Assembly: GCA_023395465.1 (NCBI GenBank)
Contig: JAEWZE010000048.1
Span: forward strand, 12,744 to 76,743
Source: Pseudomonadota bacterium
GTDB taxonomy: Bacteria > Pseudomonadota > Gammaproteobacteria > Xanthomonadales > Xanthomonadaceae
Direction: 5' to 3'
DNA: 64,000 bases
Part shown: piece by piece, positions 60,635 to 64,000 of the stretch
Numbering within the stretch: position 1 is the first letter of the stretch
How the letters are laid out: each line of letters starts with the position of its first letter
Notes under the pieces: model-generated
What the model was told of the DNA's origin: nothing
Seen by the model: only the letters and a program-made list of their open reading frames with translations
The model's database searches: none
Translations under genes and position numbers: made by a program

Positions 60635-61333
60635 ATGACGAAGCGCCTGCGTCCGACACGGACACCCACTCGACACCTGCTCGCCGCCCTGCTGCTCTGC
60701 ATGGCTGTCCCTCCCGCTGCCGCCGAAGTCACCGGACGCGCCAGCGTCGTGGACGGCGACACGCTGGAAGTTCGGGGCACGCGCATGCGCCTGCATGGCA
60801 TAGACGCACCAGAGTCGGACCAGTCCTGCCGCCGGACCGATGGCACGGCCTGGCGCTGCGGCCAGCAGTCCGCGCTGGCGCTCGACGCGATGATCGAGGC
60901 TAGGCCGGTGCGCTGCGTGCCCCGGTCCACGGATCGGTACGGCCGTACCGTGGCCGAGTGCTGGGTGGGTGGTCAGTCCATCAACCGCTGGATGGTGGCC
61001 CACGGCTGGGCGACCGCCTATCGCGAGTATTCCCAGCAGTTCGTCACAGACGAGCAGTCCGCCCGCGCGGCACGCCGGAACATCTGGTCGGGCACGTTCG
61101 AGCCGCCCGCGACGTACCGTCGAGCACGGACGACGGCAGCGCGGCGCCCTCCCGCCCAGCCGCCAAGCCCGGCATGCGTCATCAAGGGGAACATCAGCTC
61201 GTCCGGCCGCATCTACCACTCCCCCGGGCAGCGTGACTACGACAGGACCGTCATCGACGTGGCAACCGGTGAGCGCTGGTTCTGCTCACCCGTCGAGGCC
61301 CAGGCGGCCGGTTGGCGACCCGCACAGCGATAG
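60635..61333 (+). CDS. Secreted thermonuclease (SNase) family nuclease with a C-terminal Cys-containing domain
   Basis: The signal peptide ends AAA-E. The SNase core is VVDGDTLEV...RLHGIDAPE...RYGRTVAEC. The C-terminus is CVIKGNISSSGRIYHSPGQRDYDRT...FCSPVEAQAAGWRPA. Confidence 0.75.
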   Translation: MTKRLRPTRTPTRHLLAALLLCMAVPPAAAEVTGRASVVDGDTLEVRGTRMRLHGIDAPESDQSCRRTDGTAWRCGQQSALALDAMIEARPVRCVPRSTDRYGRTVAECWVGGQSINRWMVAHGWATAYREYSQQFVTDEQSARAARRNIWSGTFEPPATYRRARTTAARRPPAQPPSPACVIKGNISSSGRIYHSPGQRDYDRTVIDVATGERWFCSPVEAQAAGWRPAQR

Positions 61334-61425
61334 GCAGCCGGAATCCCGGGCTGGACCGATCCCCGCCCCACTACCGCGCACATAGAGCCGGCAATACACT
61401 CCCATCGGGGAAAGGGGAGATCATC

Positions 61426-62352
61426 GTGGGAACGATCTACAAGCTGCTGGGCATCGTCGCGCTGCTGGCGGGGGCATGGCTGCTCCATTCTTTCTACGTC
61501 GACTATCGGACCAACGCTCGCCATTACCTGCTTGCGTGGGACAGCCCCGCCGGCGTCCATGAGCGGTTTCTCGAGGCGCTCGCCAAGCGCGGTGTGCGAC
61601 CGGAGAGCACCGAAGTCCGGGCTAACCCCCGCTACTACACGGGCTTCGTCAAGCACCGTAGTGATCTGGCGAATGGCTGCAGACCGCGGGCGGGAGCTTG
61701 GTCGCTGGATAGCCCATCCCAATGGGTCTGTCGCCGCCCGTGGACCGAGCGCACCTACGTTCGGATCGTGCACCCTGCGGTGAGCTACGAAGAGGCGTTG
61801 GACAAAGCCCGGCAAGCTCATCCCCGCTCCACCTACGGCATGGTCCCATCGCAAGCATCAGCAGGCGGCTCGCCATCGCCGTCGCAGCGTGCCGCCAGTC
61901 TTTGGCTGGGCGTCATCGCCCCAGCGGCCATGATCCTCACTTCGCTCGCGCTACTCGCCTCGATTCTGGCGTCGTGGCTGCGGGCCCGCAACGAGTTCCG
62001 CCCGTCGCCGCAGCCCAGCCCGGTCTTTGCCACACAGGGCACGATGCGCCCGATGACGCTACCCGATCGGCTGAAAGACGCCTTCGGTGACGATCTGCCA
62101 GTGACTGTCGGCGAGGCGACGAAGGATTGCCCGCTGGTGGTCACGGAGCCGGTGGATTACGTCTCCGTCGAGTATGCGGTCGCGAAATACCTGATGGCGG
62201 GCAAGGAGTGGAAGAAGCTGCGCCAGAATGTGTTGCGGCTCAACGGCAGGATCGTCGACGAACTGGTCTTCGCGGTTCGCGACGGCCCGTACAGCGAGTA
62301 TGCAGAGCGTTCGTTCTACTTCGACGTCACCACCGGCTTCATGCGGCGCTGA
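61426..62352 (+). CDS. Hypothetical two-TM membrane protein
   Basis: GTG 61426 has AGGGGAG 6 nt upstream. Confidence 0.5.
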   Translation: MGTIYKLLGIVALLAGAWLLHSFYVDYRTNARHYLLAWDSPAGVHERFLEALAKRGVRPESTEVRANPRYYTGFVKHRSDLANGCRPRAGAWSLDSPSQWVCRRPWTERTYVRIVHPAVSYEEALDKARQAHPRSTYGMVPSQASAGGSPSPSQRAASLWLGVIAPAAMILTSLALLASILASWLRARNEFRPSPQPSPVFATQGTMRPMTLPDRLKDAFGDDLPVTVGEATKDCPLVVTEPVDYVSVEYAVAKYLMAGKEWKKLRQNVLRLNGRIVDELVFAVRDGPYSEYAERSFYFDVTTGFMRR

Positions 62353-62446
62353 TAAAGGCGCCTCAGTGGCGGCGCTTCGGCCCGCGTTCCACCTCGGACT
62401 CCACGGCTTCCCGCAGCGGGTCGGGCAACTGGGCGCGGGCCGCGAT

Positions 62447-62692
62447 TCAGCCCGGCGGGTCGCTGCAGGGCTCGTCGTCGCCGGGCACCAGCCCGTGCTC
62501 GCGCAGGATGCACTGGAGCTGCGACCAGACGTGGCCGTGGTCCTCAGTCGATGCCGCCTCGAGGATCCCGTCGGCGATGCCAGCGAACTCGTCGATCAGG
62601 TGCGGGCTGTCGGGTTCCTCGGCTATTCGCCGGCGCATGTGCTCGGCCAGGTCGGCAACCTTGGCGTCCAACTCGGATCGTGTGAGCTTCAT
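62447..62692 (-). CDS. Hypothetical small acidic protein
   Basis: ATG at 62692 has AAGGAGG 6 nt upstream, on the minus strand. Confidence 0.5.
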   Translation of the reverse strand: MKLTRSELDAKVADLAEHMRRRIAEEPDSPHLIDEFAGIADGILEAASTEDHGHVWSQLQCILREHGLVPGDDEPCSDPPG

Positions 62693-62745
62693 CGCGGCCT
62701 CCTTGGGCCAGGATCGTGCGCGAGCCTTTGTGAAGCCGTCGCATG

Positions 62746-62778
62746 CCAACTTTGGAAAGTGATCGGCCGGGGCATCGT
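62746..62778 (+). promoter_or_regulatory. Recurrent promoter-like element
   Basis: Box CCAACTTTG at 62746-62754 and hexamer CATCGT at 62773-62778, 33 nt before ATG 62811. Confidence 0.4.
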
Positions 62779-62810
62779 GGGGCAGACAACCCACCGCACC
62801 GGAGTATTCC

Positions 62811-63308
62811 ATGAACGCCGCCGCTCTTTCCGCCTCCGACATCACCGCCGCGATCGCGTCGGGACAGGTCCAGTTCGACGCCGAGCAGCTGACCGCCCTG
62901 CAGAGGGCGCTGCTCAATGTCAGCGTCGCCGTCCGTCGCGAGGCCCGAGCCAACTTCTCGTGGGGCCAGCGCGTAGAGTTCACCCACAACGGCAACGTCA
63001 TCACCGGCACGGTCGAGCGTGTGAACCCCAAGAGCATCGGCGTGCGCGGCGACGACGGCAAGCCGTGGCGCGTGAGTCCCGTCTATTTGCGCCAGACGGA
63101 CGTTCCCCCGCCGCCGGGTGGCCCGGTCGATCCGATGGCCGAGGCGCGGGCCAAGTTCGAGATCGGCCAGCCGGTGCGCTTCAAGGGCCGTCGTGGCGTG
63201 ATGGTCGACGCGGTCATCGATTCCTTCAATCAGACCAGCGTCACCGTGAAGACGGCCACCGGCGCAGGCTGGCGCGTCGCCCCCAATCTGCTGCAGGCGG
63301 TGGCGTGA
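62811..63308 (+). CDS. Hypothetical protein with an internal duplicated approximately 45-aa module
   Basis: Residues 49-93 (FSWGQRVEF...GKPWRVSPVYL) align with residues 116-161 (FEIGQPVRF...GAGWRVAPNLL). Confidence 0.55.
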   Translation: MNAAALSASDITAAIASGQVQFDAEQLTALQRALLNVSVAVRREARANFSWGQRVEFTHNGNVITGTVERVNPKSIGVRGDDGKPWRVSPVYLRQTDVPPPPGGPVDPMAEARAKFEIGQPVRFKGRRGVMVDAVIDSFNQTSVTVKTATGAGWRVAPNLLQAVA

Positions 63309-63634
63309 GCGCGGTTGCAGCGCCCCGGAAGGCGCCCCCGAGCAGGAACGTGGACCCCGGCCGGCCGGTGTTGGCCGATGCTGCAATCGCATGGCTGCAC
63401 GGCACTGACATCGTGCACAGCTTCATGGGCAATGGCGGCTGCGACATGGGCCGCGCGGACGTGGAAGAGCGCATTCGCGCGGTGGAGGGCTACGGGCTGT
63501 TCGTCGCGCACCCTGACAGTTTCGCGGCAGCGGTCGGCCACCACCTGGCTGTCTGGAACCCCGGCACGGCTGTCGGCTCCCCGGACGATGGGTACTGGCT
63601 GCACTTCGAGACGACCTCGGCTACGCCGCCGTGA
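63305..63634 (+). CDS. Hypothetical protein; tandem paralogue of 63631-63939
   Basis: GTG overlaps the upstream stop (GTGA). It shares ...EERIRAVEGYGLFVAHPDS...GHHLAVWNP...ETTSATPP with the next gene. Confidence 0.5.
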   Translation: MSAVAAPRKAPPSRNVDPGRPVLADAAIAWLHGTDIVHSFMGNGGCDMGRADVEERIRAVEGYGLFVAHPDSFAAAVGHHLAVWNPGTAVGSPDDGYWLHFETTSATPP

Positions 63635-63939
63635 CCCGCCGCGCCAAGCCGGTCGTTGACCGGACCAGCCCGATCGATGCTGCCACCGCTCTGAAATGGC
63701 TCAGTGGCACCGAATCGGTCCGCTACTTGCGCAACAAGGAGGTTGCGCAGGCCTCGCGCGCGGATGCGGAAGAGCGCGTGCGCCTGGTGGACGGCTACGG
63801 CCTGTTCCGCGTCCTGCCCGATAGTCCGGCAGCGAAGATCGGTCACCACCTGGCCATCTGGAATCCGGCCGCGCCGGTCGGGCAGATTGGCTTTGGCTAT
63901 TTCACCTACTACGAGACCACCGGGCCGACACCGCCCTAG
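63631..63939 (+). CDS. Hypothetical protein; tandem paralogue of 63305-63634
   Basis: GTG overlaps the upstream stop (GTGA). It shares ...EERVRLVDGYGLFRVLPDS...GHHLAIWNP...ETTGPTPP with the previous gene. Confidence 0.5.
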   Translation: MTRRAKPVVDRTSPIDAATALKWLSGTESVRYLRNKEVAQASRADAEERVRLVDGYGLFRVLPDSPAAKIGHHLAIWNPAAPVGQIGFGYFTYYETTGPTPP

Positions 63940-64000
63940 CTCGCCTTCCTGCGTCAACCGCCCCGATCCGGGCACGGTTTTCGCTCGTCTGCCCGACGCG

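Larger units (their letters stand above)
1..64000. mobile_element. Interior of a large conjugative mobile element (ICE or plasmid); neither end lies in the window
   Basis: Contains a type IVb conjugative-pilus cluster, a PRTRC/ParB cassette, a PcfJ-like gene, SRAP, IS605-type tnpB, more than 80 co-oriented mostly small ORFs and low-GC cargo patches. No integrase, relaxase or att site is seen. Confidence 0.6.

Noticed and set aside
62228-63634. A 468-aa + strand ORF spanning the minus-strand gene, an intergenic gap and gene 62811-63308.
   Set aside because: It is a read-through artefact of a stop-free frame. Only the last 109 codons (GTG 63305 onward) have a plausible composition and a paralogue.

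Overview
High-GC (about two-thirds G+C by eye) proteobacterial DNA. The whole 64 kb reads as the interior of a large conjugative mobile element (an ICE or a plasmid). No integrase, relaxase, att site, rRNA, tRNA or CRISPR array is visible in the window. About 85 of roughly 95 supportable genes are on the + strand, and many are small and translationally coupled (ATGA/GTGA/TGATG overlaps). The modules I recognise are listed here. (1) A C-terminal fragment of an S49 peptidase sits at the left edge. (2) A long run of small hypothetical genes contains several tandem paralogue pairs. (3) An IS200/IS605-type tnpB-only insertion lies at 19263-20630. (4) A PcfJ-like gene is followed by a DUF262/ParB-like gene. 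(5) A type IVb conjugative-pilus cluster (PilL-like, pilN, O, P, Q, R, S, a minor pilin, a PilT-like ATPase, a DsbC-like protein, pilV) spans 32151-46087 and is interrupted by a low-GC two-gene insertion. (6) An S8 autotransporter protease follows the pilus cluster. (7) A minus-strand SRAP operon and an HTH regulator lie downstream. (8) There is a WGR-domain/ATP-dependent DNA ligase fusion. (9) A complete PRTRC cassette (ParB, E, C, F, B, A, ThiF) spans 54052-60581, followed by a secreted SNase-type nuclease. The two strongest hunt results are these. (a) The PRTRC cassette shows, directly in the sequence, the hallmarks of an E1 / E2-like / JAB / beta-grasp conjugation system, and as far as I know its function has not been tested. 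(b) A fixed-geometry promoter-like element, [GC][CT]AA[CGT]TTT[CG]-N18-yAnnnT, occurs at 24 intergenic sites, all on the + strand, which suggests an element-wide regulon. An array of 20-bp iteron-like direct repeats lies at 1286-1413. All family names come from motif recognition by eye and from memory; no searches were run.
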